From: Octopus sinensis
Lineage: Eukaryota
Assembly: GCF_006345805.1 (NCBI RefSeq)
Contig: NW_021831925.1
Location: 1 to 36,084, forward strand
Direction of reading: 5' to 3'
Length of the DNA: 36,084 nucleotides
Part shown: one piece after another, positions 23,401-36,084 of the stretch
Position numbering within the stretch: the first letter of the stretch is position 1
How the letters are laid out: each line of letters begins with the position of its first letter
Notes under the pieces: generated by a model
What the model was told of the DNA's origin: nothing
Databases searched by the model: none
Seen by the model: the letters and a program-made list of their open reading frames with translations, nothing else
Position numbers and translations under genes: made by a program

Positions 23401-23700
23401 TATGACAGAATTACTTTAGTGATTAACTGGTACCGAAATTTCGCTGGCGTTTCAAAAATGTTCCATGAAATTTACCAGCATGTTGCGGAAAAATATCCTC
23501 GTTTCAAACAAATATTTCCTCAGCCGCCTATTGTAGCCTTTTGACGGAATAAAAATATAAGATAACTATTAACCTTTACTTCTGACTCTAAGAAAACTAA
23601 CATATTGGAGTTTCTGCCCGCTGTACCTTGAAAAACAGTCGCAAGAGAGGTAAACTCTATGCACTGTGCAGCAACATGAGTCAAGTTAATTCCATCGGAA
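23401..23700 (+). pseudogene. Degenerate Penelope-like retroelement ORF fragment (RT to GIY-YIG linker)
   Basis: Manual translation from 23401 gives YDRITLVINWYRNFAGVSKMFHEIYQHVAEKYPRFKQIFPQPPIVAF*RNKNIR*LL. This fits the PLE pattern RxxLVxxY...FPxPPxVAFRRxxNLRxxL as I recall it. After a frameshift comes ARCTLKNSRKRGKLYALCSNM, resembling a Cys knuckle. Not present in the ORF track. Confidence 0.8.
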
Positions 23701-23797
23701 TTTCATAACGGAAATGTTATGATTTACACGAAGGATTGGACGCGGAGAGATTTCCATTTGGTCAGTTTACCTTTGTGGATAGTTACGTCAATCCTTT

Positions 23798-23903
23798 TAT
23801 AATAATAATAATAATGATGATGATGATAATGATAATAACAACAACAATAACAACAGCAACATTAACAACAACAACAACAACAATAATAATAATAATAATA
23901 ATG

Positions 23904-23937
<34 letters not shown>

Positions 23938-24012
23938 TAATAATAATAATATAATGATAATAATGATAATAATAATAATAATGATGATGATGATGATAAT
24001 AACAATAACAAT

Positions 24013-24057
<45 letters not shown>

Positions 24058-24102
24058 AATAATAATAATAATAATAATAATATTAATAATAATAATAATA
24101 AT
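23798..24102. repeat. (AAT)n/(AAC)n/(GAT)n microsatellite
   Basis: Direct reading. Confidence 0.95.
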
Positions 24103-24597
24103 GTCTTGGTATAAAAGATGGGCTACAGCAAATATTCTGCTCAATACCACAGATTTGCTTGTCAGTTGTTTGACCTTAACCAGTTGAGCATGTCCCTTAG
24201 TGGCTGACGATATGTGCATCTCTGATCACGAGCAGAAGTAGTGGGGGAGCATCATAGCCATGTGTTGAGAGGGATTCTTTGGGTTTTGAATAGTCACCTC
24301 TGGAAACATGGGTGGTTCTTTCAACATCCTTAAACAACCCTTATTCAGGGACCGTTTGAGCGGGATGGGCTACTCAACCTGAAAGAAAATTCAACTGGGC
24401 CCCACCTGCAAGGTCATGTGCTGTTTATCTTGATATGAGATCACCATGTCGCGCACATATGGTTGTGATGCATGTGCCTGGTGTACCTTTATCAGACGGG
24501 TAGTCATGATGGGTATATTGGGCTTCGTATATTTTACCCCAGTGTCACTTTGATGGCATGAACTGCTCTCTCACTCAATAATAATAATAATAATAAT
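24103..24597 (+). mobile_element. Retroposon 3' end, family D, with (AAT)n tail
   Basis: Homologous to 14305-14744. Ends ctctctcactc(aat)n and begins directly after an (AAT)n tract. Confidence 0.88.
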
Positions 24598-24599
24598 TA

Positions 24600-24666
24600 T
24601 AGTCCTTTCTACAATAGGCCCAGGCCTGAAATTTTGGTGGGAAGGGACAAGTCAATCACATCGATT
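24600..24666 (-). mobile_element. SINE B tail fragment
   Basis: cctttctacaataggcccaggcctgaaatttt...gtcaatcacatcga. Confidence 0.7.
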
Positions 24667-24667
24667 C

Positions 24668-24885
24668 CATGATCATCATGATCGCGAAGACGACGACAAC
24701 GTTGATGCTAATAATAGTGAGGGTGATGATAGTGATGATTACGATAGTGATGATGATGATACGACCACTATGATGGCGTAGACTGAGGATGAAGATGATA
24801 GCGAAGAAGAAGGCGACAACGTTGTTGATGATGATGATGGTGATGTTGATGATAGTGATGATAATGATGATGGTGATGATGATGG

Positions 24886-24922
<37 letters not shown>

Positions 24923-25400
24923 AGTGATGATGATGATGATGATGATATTGTTGCTACTGCTGCTGCTAATGCTGATGAAGTTGATGATGATGCTGATGCT
25001 GCTGCTGCTGATGATGATGATGACGACATGACGACTACGTTGACATACACGATGATGACGAGGATGACTGCAAAGAAGGTGACGGCAGCAACGAAGATAA
25101 TGATAATGATGATGATGATGATAATGATGATGATGCTGACAGTGATGATGATGATGATGATGATAATGATGATGATGCTGACAGTGATAATGATGATGAT
25201 GCTGACAGTGATGATGATGATGATGATGATAATGATGATGATGCTGACAGTGATGATGATGATGATGATGATAATGATGATGATGCTGACAGTGATAATG
25301 ATGATGATGCTGACAGTGATGATGATGATGATGATGATAATGATGATGATGCTGACAGTGATAATGATGATGATGATGATAATGATGATGATGCTGACAG

Positions 25401-25435
<35 letters not shown>

Positions 25436-25485
25436 ACGCTGTTGATGATGAGGATGATGATGATGATGACGACGACGACGTTGAA
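24668..25485. repeat. (GAT)n-based tract with a gatgctgacagtgat minisatellite
   Basis: gctgacagtgat recurs eight times between 25135 and 25405, separated by variable (GAT)n. Confidence 0.92.
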
Positions 25486-25759
25486 GTAATTAAAACCAAG
25501 AAGGAGGAAGTAAGGAATGTTAGGAAGTGAAAGGGAGAATAAGAAGGGTGTGTCGAAGTGTGAGTGCGTTAATTGGCTTTTTTTTTAAAATTGTTTTCGT
25601 GCTTTTTTTTTTTTGCTTTTGTAATTTTTAAGTTCCGGCAAATTAGTGGTTTGTTTGTCGGAATAATTTAGAAACAAAAGGGAAGAAAAATAGAAGAAAT
25701 GTAAAATAACGAAAGAAATAGGGGAAAAAAATTCATTCCGAATAAAAGAGAAAAATGTG

Positions 25760-26670
25760 AAAATAGCAACTACAACAACAACAACGGGCAAAACAGCAGC
25801 AGCAACAACGACAGTAGAAATAACAACAATGGGGACAATAACCGCAACAGCAGAACCAGCAGCAGCAACAATAACAACAAAGACTGCAGCAGCAACAACA
25901 AGGGGGAAAAATTGCAGCAGCGTCAACAATAACAACAGCAGCAATAACAACAACAACAACAAAGACCGCAACAGCAGCAACAATAACAACAACAATAAAG
26001 ACAGCAACAGCAGCAACAGCAGCAACAATAACAACAAAGACAGCAACAACAACAACAACAACAACAACAGTAAAAACAACAGCAACAACAACAGCAACAA
26101 CAACAAAGACTGCAACAACAGCAACAATAACAATAGCAACAACAACAATAACAACAACAACAACAGCAGTAAAAACAACAGCAACAGCAATAACAACAGC
26201 AACAACAGCAGCAGCATCAGCAGCAACAATAACAACAACAGCAACAACAACAATAGCAGCAACAAAAACAAAAAAAGAATGCCGCAGCAACAACCATAAA
26301 GACAGCAGCAGCAGCAACAGAAACAACAGCAACAACAAAATAGTAACTACAGCAGCAGCAATAGCAACATCAATAACAACAACAGCAACAGCAGAAACAA
26401 CAATGATAACAACAGTGATAGCAGCAGGAAAAGCAGTAGTATCAGCAGTAAAAACAACAATAACAACAACAACAGCAGCAGCAGCAGCAACAACAACAAC
26501 AACAACAACAACATCAACGATGATAGCAACAAAAACACGAAGAGCAACAACCGCACTAACAACAACAAAAACTACAACATCGGCTATAATTACTACAACA
26601 GCATAAAATAAAAAGAATAACAAGAACAATAATAGCAGGAACAGCAGCAGCAGCAACAACAACAACAGAA
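25760..26670. repeat. (CAA)n/(CAG)n degenerate trinucleotide tract
   Basis: Direct reading. Confidence 0.92.
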
Positions 26671-27639
26671 CAGTGATCTTAAATTTAGAATAGCGAATGC
26701 GTGATTACGCAACTGACAAAAAATAAATTAAAAATAAATAATTCTTCATATAGAATATTAAAAAAAAAGTGGTGGAAGAAATAAGCAAAAATTTTAAATT
26801 TGTATCCCATAATGCATTATTGATATCCGGTGTCATCATTTAAGAATTATGTAAAACGAAAAAAAAAAATATGAATATTTAATGAAAAACAAATAAAACA
26901 ATGCACTTTGTTTCAGAAAAAGAATAAAATCGGTCAAAAGCAACAAAACCAAAATAAAAAAGAAGAAAAAAAACCCCACTAAAATAAATAAATAAATAAA
27001 TAAATCAATGCTGTTAAAGACGAAAGGAAGTCTGTGAGAATTGGTACATCAATAAAATCTTTGGTCCATATAGATTGTTTTAAAATACGGATGAACTTAA
27101 AGGCGACTTTGAAAGTTGATTGGGTCAGCTTTTGAATATTTCATGCAGACATTGATTTCAACGTCTGAGCAAAATTAATGGATTATTTGTTGTTGTTGCT
27201 CTTCTTGTTGTTGTCGTCGTTGTTGTTGTTGTTGTTATTGATGTTGTTGTTCTCGAGCGTGTTGCCGTTATTTTTAGCGTTTTTTTTAAAAATAAAATTC
27301 TTTTTGATGATGTGTTCTAATTTCCACTAAATTGAAGGAGTAAAACAGTGACTATAACATCAAATAGAAGGAGGGTTCTTGAAAAATCAAGACTAAACGT
27401 CAAGGGATCAATGTAATGCAGGGTTTTACATAAACAGAAGGGGCACATAATTTAAACAGATTAAAACGTGTGAGAACTGCTTGAGTATTACGAATGAACA
27501 AATTAGTGTTGCCTTCTCACGAATAAATATATCTTAACCCAGTGAAAAACGCAGTCATCACAAGACTAACTTTTGCCCTAACAGATAATAAATAGACTCC
27601 ACCGCGTAGGAAGTACACTTTTTAAAAATCTATTTGTCA

Positions 27640-27820
27640 ATTATTTCAGTCATTAGACTACGGCCATGTTGGGGCACCACTTTGAGGAATTAATAGTCAA
27701 ATGAATCAACCAAAGTACCTTTTTTTAGACTGGTACTTATTTATTGTTATCTTTTGCCGGACCACTAAGCTTACAGGAATGTAAACATACCAACAGCTGT
27801 TGCCAAGCAGTGGTGGGAAA
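27640..27820 (-). mobile_element. Degenerate SINE A body
   Basis: atttcagtcattagactacggccatgttggggcacc...ttttgccggaccactaag...gtaaacataccaacagctgttgccaagc. Confidence 0.8.
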
Positions 27821-28351
27821 CACACACACACACACACATACACACGCAAACACATAATACATAAACACACACACACACAAACATATTAATACATAAACAC
27901 GCGGGCGCACACACACACACACACACACAACACACACACACACAAAAGCACACACATAATGATGAAGGCTCCTGCTCGTGAAGTCATTTCTGTTTTTTAT
28001 TCTAAAACTTTCATTGAACGCCAGTCTAATATAATCTTTGCGTACACCTTATTGGCTTTTGTTTCCTCCTGCTTTTTCATTTTTGATTTGTCTATTATCG
28101 TACGCTCGCACGGATATTCTACATCTTTCCGACGATGATTTGGATTACTTAATTCGTGGATTACTTTATACTTGATTACCATACACCTCTGATTTTTCCA
28201 CTTTCTTCTTCCAACACTGCTCCTTTTCTTACCCCTATTTAATCATTATGCCCGGCCTTCATTCCGTCCTATTTCAAGCAACTCAACTTGCTTTCCTCTG
28301 AACTATCTGCTCCATCCTCCTTTTCCTCCTCTCTGGATTTCTTTCCTCTTT

Positions 28352-28378
28352 CCGACGAAGAGCCATGCTCGAAACGTC
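28352..28378 (+). ncRNA. Degenerate hammerhead motif in a PLE-like pyrimidine-rich segment
   Basis: CCGACGA-A-GAGC-cau-GCUC-GAAAC-GUC has the same stem II as 10469 and 10815. Stem I is eroded. Confidence 0.55.
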
Positions 28379-28494
28379 ATTTTCACTCCTATTTTTTCCA
28401 TCTAAAGCTTTCACTCATCGCCAATCTAATATATTCAACTGTGAATAAATTAAATTTTGCTGTTTTCCAGTTTTATTTTCACTTTTGATTTGCT

Positions 28495-28725
28495 TACATA
28501 TTCATATATATATATTATATATATATATATATTAGTATTATTATATACGTATATGTATGTATGTAGTATATATGATGTAGGTATGTATGTATGTATGTAT
28601 GTATGTATGTATGTATGTATGTATGTATGCAGTATGTATGTATGTATGCATGTAGTAATTATGTATGTATGTATGCATGTAATGTATGTATGTATGTATG
28701 TATGTATGTATTGTATGTATATTGT

Positions 28726-28807
<82 letters not shown>

Positions 28808-28831
28808 TATATACGTATGTATGTATGTATG

Positions 28832-28864
<33 letters not shown>

Positions 28865-28967
28865 TGTATGTATGCATGTATGTATGTATGCATGTATGTA
28901 TGTATGTATGTATGCATGTATGTATGTATGATGTATGTATGTATATATGTATTATAAATATGTATTA

Positions 28968-29036
<69 letters not shown>

Positions 29037-29090
29037 CACATACACACACATATATATATCATCCACATACATATGCCTTCATATATATGG
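28495..29090. repeat. (TATG)n/(TA)n microsatellites
   Basis: Direct reading. Confidence 0.95.
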
Positions 29091-29445
29091 AGAATAGCTA
29101 TTCTTTTAGACATGCTCTGTTGAAAATACGGCAGTATTCCACTTCAGTGCTTCGTTTTATTAAAACTTTTTCGTATTTCTATGAGTTCTTTGTAGTTGAA
29201 AACAGTAAAATTCCTAATTCCATCTTCAATGTTTCTGCTTGTGACTAGAGTATGCTGACTGCGTGGTTATATAAGCATTGTATATAAGCATTGTGCTATC
29301 AGTATTACTTCTCTCATGAATCAGCTATTGTTGTGAAGTGGTTTGTAGAGTATAAAAGTGTTATTTACTCATGTTTTCCTAAAAACATTTTTGTGTTGTA
29401 TACTGCAATCACTCCTAGTATGTTCAGGAAAGTTTTCAGTAGAGA

Positions 29446-29520
29446 AGGCATGGACAACCTCTTTTCGAGAAGCGGGCAGCTTGAAACATTGACCATCATC
29501 AGACGGGCCGCATTACAAAA
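29446..29520 (+). mobile_element. Possible hAT left end
   Basis: aggcatggacaacct...gcgggc...cgggccgca resembles Charlie-type termini. No matching right end was found. Confidence 0.3.
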
Positions 29521-30212
29521 AAAAAAAAACCACTGAGGGTAAGTTTTCTTTAGGCGTACCATTTACAAATTCCCGAGGGTCGCAGGTTACCTTGACTGTA
29601 ATAGCGTGTCGTGTATGTTTATGGCCAGAATAAAAGTTGGAGCCATGGTGTTTGCAATTTTGCAATCAAATATATAAATTTCATTGATCATTTGCAGACC
29701 GTCATCTAATTCCCATACTTGCTGCTTGTTATTGATAAGGTCATTAAATTTAGCGTTCTGCAATGTATTATGATGTGATGTAATGCGTTTCGTATTTTCC
29801 TGTATATATTCGATTCATATAACACAATTCATGTGTAGTTTACGTATTTCTAATAAACTTCGTATCTAACCTATTTCTCAGAGCTTTTTTCTTCTCCGAC
29901 TCTCTTCTTCTATGGCACGGCCTGTTTGCCTAGAATACCCGTTAATGATGTTCGTTTTATTCTGTCGTTGAGAGAAAATTTACGAAGCACAAAAGCCTTC
30001 CTTGAATCTTTCACTCTATTTCCGTTCTAATCAACTGCTACATATTTTCAAGTTTTAATCGTTCTCTACAAAACGCTGTATCCAAAACCATCCACCTCAT
30101 ATCTCTCTTTCAAGTTCTCTCAGCATCTTTCTATTTCTATATTGTTCCATTCTGCCCTTCATCTACTCAAAATTTATTTTCAAGATATGAAATATTTTAA
30201 CAAACACACACA

Positions 30213-30243
<31 letters not shown>

Positions 30244-30289
30244 TACACACACACACACATGCACAATCACCCCCACACATACAAACATA

Positions 30290-30422
30290 TACGATGGGCT
30301 TTCAGTTTCCATCTACCAAATCCACTCACAAGATTTTGGTCGGCTCTAGGATATAGTAGATGACCCTTGCCCAAGCAACAATGTGGTTGGTAAGCAAGCT
30401 ACTTACCACGCAGCCACGCCTG
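30290..30422 (-). mobile_element. SINE A head with internal deletion
   Basis: cagtttccatctaccaaatccactcacaag...cttgcccaag...cttaccacgcagccacgcctg. Confidence 0.85.
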
Positions 30423-30457
30423 TATATTGTACACACCCACACACACACACACACACA

Positions 30458-30530
<73 letters not shown>

Positions 30531-30531
<1 letters not shown>

Positions 30532-31006
30532 GTAAAGGCTATTTGCCAACATAATGTCGCTGTCAAAAAAAGGACGATGTTACTATTGTTTTAGCCCCGA
30601 GAAACGTAGTTTCTAGCTGGCTAATAAGGACACTATCTCTGTCCTTATATTTTCGAACAGGGAGTCCAGCGCAATAATCTAGCGCTAGACAACATCCGTG
30701 GACTAGTTTCTGGGTTATTGCTCTTTATCAACACAGAGCTGCTGCTTTGGCCAGACGGTGTTGCTGAATTCACCGTTCGAACGTATGGTTTTCAAAGGGA
30801 CGTCACTTTGAAAGAGCAATAACCCAGAAACTAGTCTACGACTGTAGTCTTGCGCTAGATTGTAGCTCTGAACTTCCTATTCGAAAATATAAGGACACAG
30901 ATAGTGTGTTGTATAGCCAGCCAGAATCGACGTTCCTTGGGGCTAGAACAACAGCAACATCGTCCCTTTCGGGACAGCCACATTATGTTGGCAAATAGCT
31001 TTTACT
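30531..31006. mobile_element. Foldback MITE with 196-bp TIRs, Kolobok-like ends
   Basis: Arms 30531-30726 and 30811-31006 (gctatttgccaacataatgt / acattatgttggcaaatagc; ctagtttctgggttattgctcttt / aaagagcaataacccagaaactag). Right end is CT|TTAA, left end ATAA|TG. Confidence 0.85.
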
Positions 31007-31079
31007 TTAAAGAACTGTTACTAAATATCTTTCTTTGAGAGATTTAAAAATAATAATATTTCTCTCTCTCTCCCGCCCC

Positions 31080-31141
<62 letters not shown>

Positions 31142-31169
31142 ATATATATATATATATATATATTTCTTT

Positions 31170-31478
31170 TTTTCGTCGCCATTTTTAAGCCTAGCCAGGC
31201 TCATGGGCTCGGTTTCCCGGTTTCTGTGGCGTATGTGTTCCCTCCCAGCTGGACGGGACGCCAGTCCATCGCAGCGTTACTGAAGAAACAGGAAGAGAGA
31301 GTGAGGGAAAGTTGGGGTGAAAGAGTACAACAGGGGTCGCCACCACCCCCTGCCGGAGCATCGTGGAGCTTTTAGGTGTTTTCGCTCAATAAACACACAC
31401 ATCGGCCTGTCTGGGAATCGAAATCGCGATCCTACGACCGCGAGTCCGTTGCCCTAACCACTGGACCATTGCGCCTCC
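31170..31478 (-). mobile_element. SINE C head with a different 3' half (V-domain-like, tail type 2)
   Basis: Reverse complement: ggaggcgcaatggtccagtggttaggg...ctgcgatggactggcgtcccgtccag...cagaaaccggg. Confidence 0.88.
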
Positions 31479-31489
31479 ACTCTCTCTCT

Positions 31490-31544
<55 letters not shown>

Positions 31545-31744
31545 TTACTTATTTACATATGACAGATGGTTTATATCCGTAATTCACTGTTATTACATTG
31601 TCAAGATTATCTTGCTCTAGGCTTACCTCAAGGTTACAAGTGTCAGTGGAATACTCGACCACATCAAATATAATACAATGTGTAATTAGTTCAATTGAAT
31701 GAATAAGTGATGCAATCTACAGATAACCATTTATATTCACTTGT

Positions 31745-32910
<1,166 letters not shown>

Positions 32911-33014
32911 TTGTTTATTTGTCATCCCACGTGGATGCAATTCTATTTCATATTTTGATTAAATGTCAATACATAGCTCGACAGATATAGAAGAACAGCT
33001 ATGTAAAATTATGC

Positions 33015-33057
<43 letters not shown>

Positions 33058-33623
33058 ACACACACACACATACATACAGACACTAAAACATGTGGACCTA
33101 CTTTTAATTTCATACTTCTTCGTGTATATGTATTTATAAGCACACTTCCGCACCCCGCCATTCACACACTTATAACCACATTTAATTTATATATAAATGA
33201 GACCAGATTTGACTTCTTTAATATATCTGGGCGTCATGTGTCAGCGTCTATTTTTCTCCTCCTCTTCCTCCTGCTCCTGATCCTCCTCCTACTCGTGCTC
33301 CTCCTCCTCCTTTAGCCGCTCTCTTTCTTTCTCTTATACAGTGGCACACATGCACATAGACGTATAATGGTGACGTCATAAGAATTTATAAACCTGGAGA
33401 AAATGTGAAATAAATCATTTTGGGAAGAGAGACTCTCGAAGCATATAAAGTAGGAAAAGGCAGCGTGTAAATATTGGATTAAAAAAAAAAGAAGAGATTT
33501 TAGATAGAAAAACCAATGACTGCCCGTGGGAAACGAACCCATATCTGCAGACATGACAGGTGTAGCCTTTGACTCTTTCTAAGACCGAATATTTACATGG
33601 AGTTCTCTATAGCTTATCTGCTC

Positions 33624-33858
33624 TAAGGCGGCGAGCTGGCAGAATCGTTAGCACGCCGGGCGAAATGCGTAGCCGTATTTCGTCTGCCGTTACGTTCTGA
33701 GTTCAAATTCCGCTGAGGTCGACTTTGCTTTCATCATTTCGGGGTTAATTAAATAAAGTACCAGTTCCGCACTGGGGTCGATGTAATCGACCTAATCCGT
33801 TTGTCTGTCCTTGTTTGTCCCCCTCTATGTTTAGCCCCTTGTGGGCAGTAAAGAAATA
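33624..33858 (+). mobile_element. SINE B, full length, with 16-bp TSD
   Basis: TSD tatagcttatctgctc at 33608-33623 and 33859-33874. Head ggcggcgagctggcagaatcgttag, B-box-like gagttcaaattcc. Confidence 0.95.
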
Positions 33859-33914
33859 TATAGCTTATCTGCTCCAGTATTCACCGTTCCGAAAGAGAAT
33901 TTACATAGATAGAC

Positions 33915-34076
33915 GCAGGTTTGGTTGGGTGGTAAGAAGATCGATTCCCAACCACATGGTACGGAGTTCAGTCCCACTATGTGGCATCTTGGGCAAGTGT
34001 CTTCTGCTATAGCCTCGGGCCGACCAAAGCCTTGTGAGTGGATTTAGTTGATGGAAACGTAAAGAAGCCCGTCGTA
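33915..34076 (+). mobile_element. SINE A head only
   Basis: gtggtaagaag...gagttcagtcccact...aagaagcccgtcgtata. Confidence 0.88.
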
Positions 34077-34274
34077 TATATATGTATTGAGTTGTCACAT
34101 GAATAATGCGGTTTTTTTCAATTGCATGAACTGAAAGTCGGATGGGGACGGGATTAACTACCTGCATCAACTTGCTATAAAAGCAGGTAGCAATTTTACG
34201 TAGTACTTATTCTTAGGGCAAGTTTTGAAGAGTATAGTTCGGTTTCAATAGTTATTTTTCAAAGCTATAATGGA

Positions 34275-34460
34275 AGTGTTGTTGTTGTTGTTGGTACTCT
34301 GTCGGTTACGACGACGAGTTTTCCAGTTGATCCGATCAACGGAACAGCCTGCTCGTGAAATTAACGTGCAAGTGGCTGAGCACTTCATAGACACGACTAC
34401 CCTTAACGTAATTCTTGGGGAGATTCAGGCAACACAGAGTGTGACAAGGCTGGCCTTTCA
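34275..34460 (-). mobile_element. SINE 3' half ending in (CAA)n, single copy in the window
   Basis: Reverse complement: gccagccttgtcacactctgtg...tacgttaaggg...cacttgcacgttaatttcacgagc...cgtaaccgacagagtacc(aac)n. Recalled as a common octopus SINE tail. Confidence 0.6.
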
Positions 34461-34661
34461 ATGGCAAACGATGCCCAACCAACCCACCATATTCGCCGGT
34501 TGATGATTCCTGTCCCTGGATTGCAAACGCAAACCCTTCAAAGTGGGAGGTAGTAATCCGGCTATTGGTCCATGATAAACTGCTTTGATGAACGATGTTA
34601 CTATCATGCCGATGTATATATGTATGTATATATGTATTATGTATGTATGTATGTATGAATC

Positions 34662-34695
<34 letters not shown>

Positions 34696-34739
34696 TGTAT
34701 GTATGTATGTACGCACGAGATGATATAAAAAAACGTTGA

Positions 34740-35039
34740 GGGGCGTCACTTTAACGTGCAGCTTAACGATATACATTAAACCTAGCCCTAACTCTAAACC
34801 ACAACCCTAATCCCAACCTTAATATTAAACCTAATCCCTAAACCCTAATCTTAAACACTAAATTCTAACACTAAATCCTAAAATTTAACCCTAACCCTAA
34901 CCATAAATCCTAATGCTTACCATAACCGTAAACCCTAAAACAAAACCCTAACTTTAACCCCAAACCCTTAACTGAACCCTGACGCTGATCATACCGTAGA
35001 CTCCGGATGTTACAGTTGAGTGCACGCTAAAATAGCACC
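34740..35039. mobile_element. MITE-like element enclosing degenerate telomeric (CCCTAA)n
   Basis: CCCTAA-like array at 34778-34985. Flanks ggcgtcactttaacgtgcagcttaac and gttgagtgcacgctaaaatagcacc are decayed inverted repeats. Confidence 0.65.
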
Positions 35040-35235
35040 GTTGAAGTTCTACAGGGAGTTTCGCAGTCGGCAGGCTTGCTATTCTCGTATGCTCGTATCT
35101 CGAGCGGCCCAGCCAAGGTGGGTTACCAGAGAACGTTATCAGCATTTGGTGTAATATAAATATTTATTCACACTATCCAACCTATTGAGATCTCTATCTG
35201 ATAATGTTTGCACTTTGGAAAATATATCCTATCAT

Positions 35236-35836
35236 ACGCAGCAGTGGCTGTGTGGTTAAATGCGCACGAGTGGCTGTGTGGTAAGTAGCTTGCTAACCAG
35301 CCACATGGTTCCGGGTTCAGTCCCACTGCGTGGCACCTTGGGCAAGTGTCTTCTGCTATAGCCTCGGGCGAGACCAAAGCCTTGTGAATGGATTTGGTAG
35401 CTTGCTTACCAGCCACATGGTTCCGGGTTCAGTCCCACTGCGTGGCACCTTGGGCAAGTGTCTTCTGCTATAGCCTCGGGCCGACCAAAGCCTTGTGAGT
35501 GGATTTGGTAGCTTGCTTACCAGCCACATGGTTCCGGGTTCAGTCCCACTGCGTGGCACCTTGGGAAAGTGTCTTCTGCTATAGCCTCGGGCCGACCAAA
35601 GCCTTGTGAGTGGATGTATGTGTGTGTATATGTTTGTATGCCTGTGTTTGTCCCCCAACATCGCTTGACAACCGATGCTGGTGTGTTTACGTCCCCGTAA
35701 TTTAGCGTTTCGGCAAAAGAGACCGATAAAATAAGTACTAGGCTTACAAAGATTAAGTCCTTGGGTCGATTTGCTCGACTAAAGGCGGTGCTCCAGCATG
35801 GTCGCAGTCAAATGACTGAAATAAGTAAAAGAGTAA
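35236..35836 (+). mobile_element. SINE A with triplicated head
   Basis: gtagcttgct starts at 35285, 35397 and 35508 (112 and 111 bp apart), followed by one body and tail. Confidence 0.93.
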
Positions 35837-35871
35837 ACGCACTCTTTGCAACTTTTACATTAATTACGACG

Positions 35872-36075
<204 letters not shown>

Positions 36076-36084
36076 ATCTCTGTA

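Noticed and set aside
24668-25489. Asp-rich or Met-rich protein (acidic biomineral-like)
   Set aside because: The Asp frame is broken by a stop (TAG 24779) and frame shifts, with no signal peptide or supported splice structure. It is explained by (GAT)n.
25585-26665. Long ORFs on both strands (N/Q/S-rich, poly-L/V)
   Set aside because: Stop-free only because of the (CAA/CAG)n composition; no domain is recognisable.
29690-29850. Possible BED-finger or hAT transposase relic on the minus strand (MNCVI*...SHH)
   Set aside because: Similarity is too weak to support without a search.
34778-34985. True telomere
   Set aside because: Short, degenerate and internal, with ordinary sequence on both sides.

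Overview
AT-rich eukaryotic non-coding DNA with no supportable host gene. The tRNA-headed SINE families and dense (TA)n/(TACA)n/(TAA)n/(TATC)n microsatellites look like an Octopus (coleoid cephalopod) genome; this is recognition from memory, not a search result. Contents: many copies of three SINE families (labelled A, B, C here), a dead CR1/L2-group LINE RT fragment (8.3-9.66 kb), two 3' ends of a retroposon sitting in (TAA)n, several MITEs (mariner-, hAT- and Kolobok-like, foldbacks, one enclosing telomere-like repeats) and a degenerate Penelope-like (PLE) ORF fragment. The most interesting signal is a set of minimal type-I hammerhead ribozyme motifs (CUGAnGA...GAAAC + palindromic stem III + UH) in short non-coding PLE-type elements. 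These include a near-perfect 331-bp palindrome with one hammerhead on each strand (7183-7513) and three CUGAUGA cores spaced about 150 nt apart (7691/7837/7988). Almost all ORF-track entries are microsatellite or SINE artefacts.
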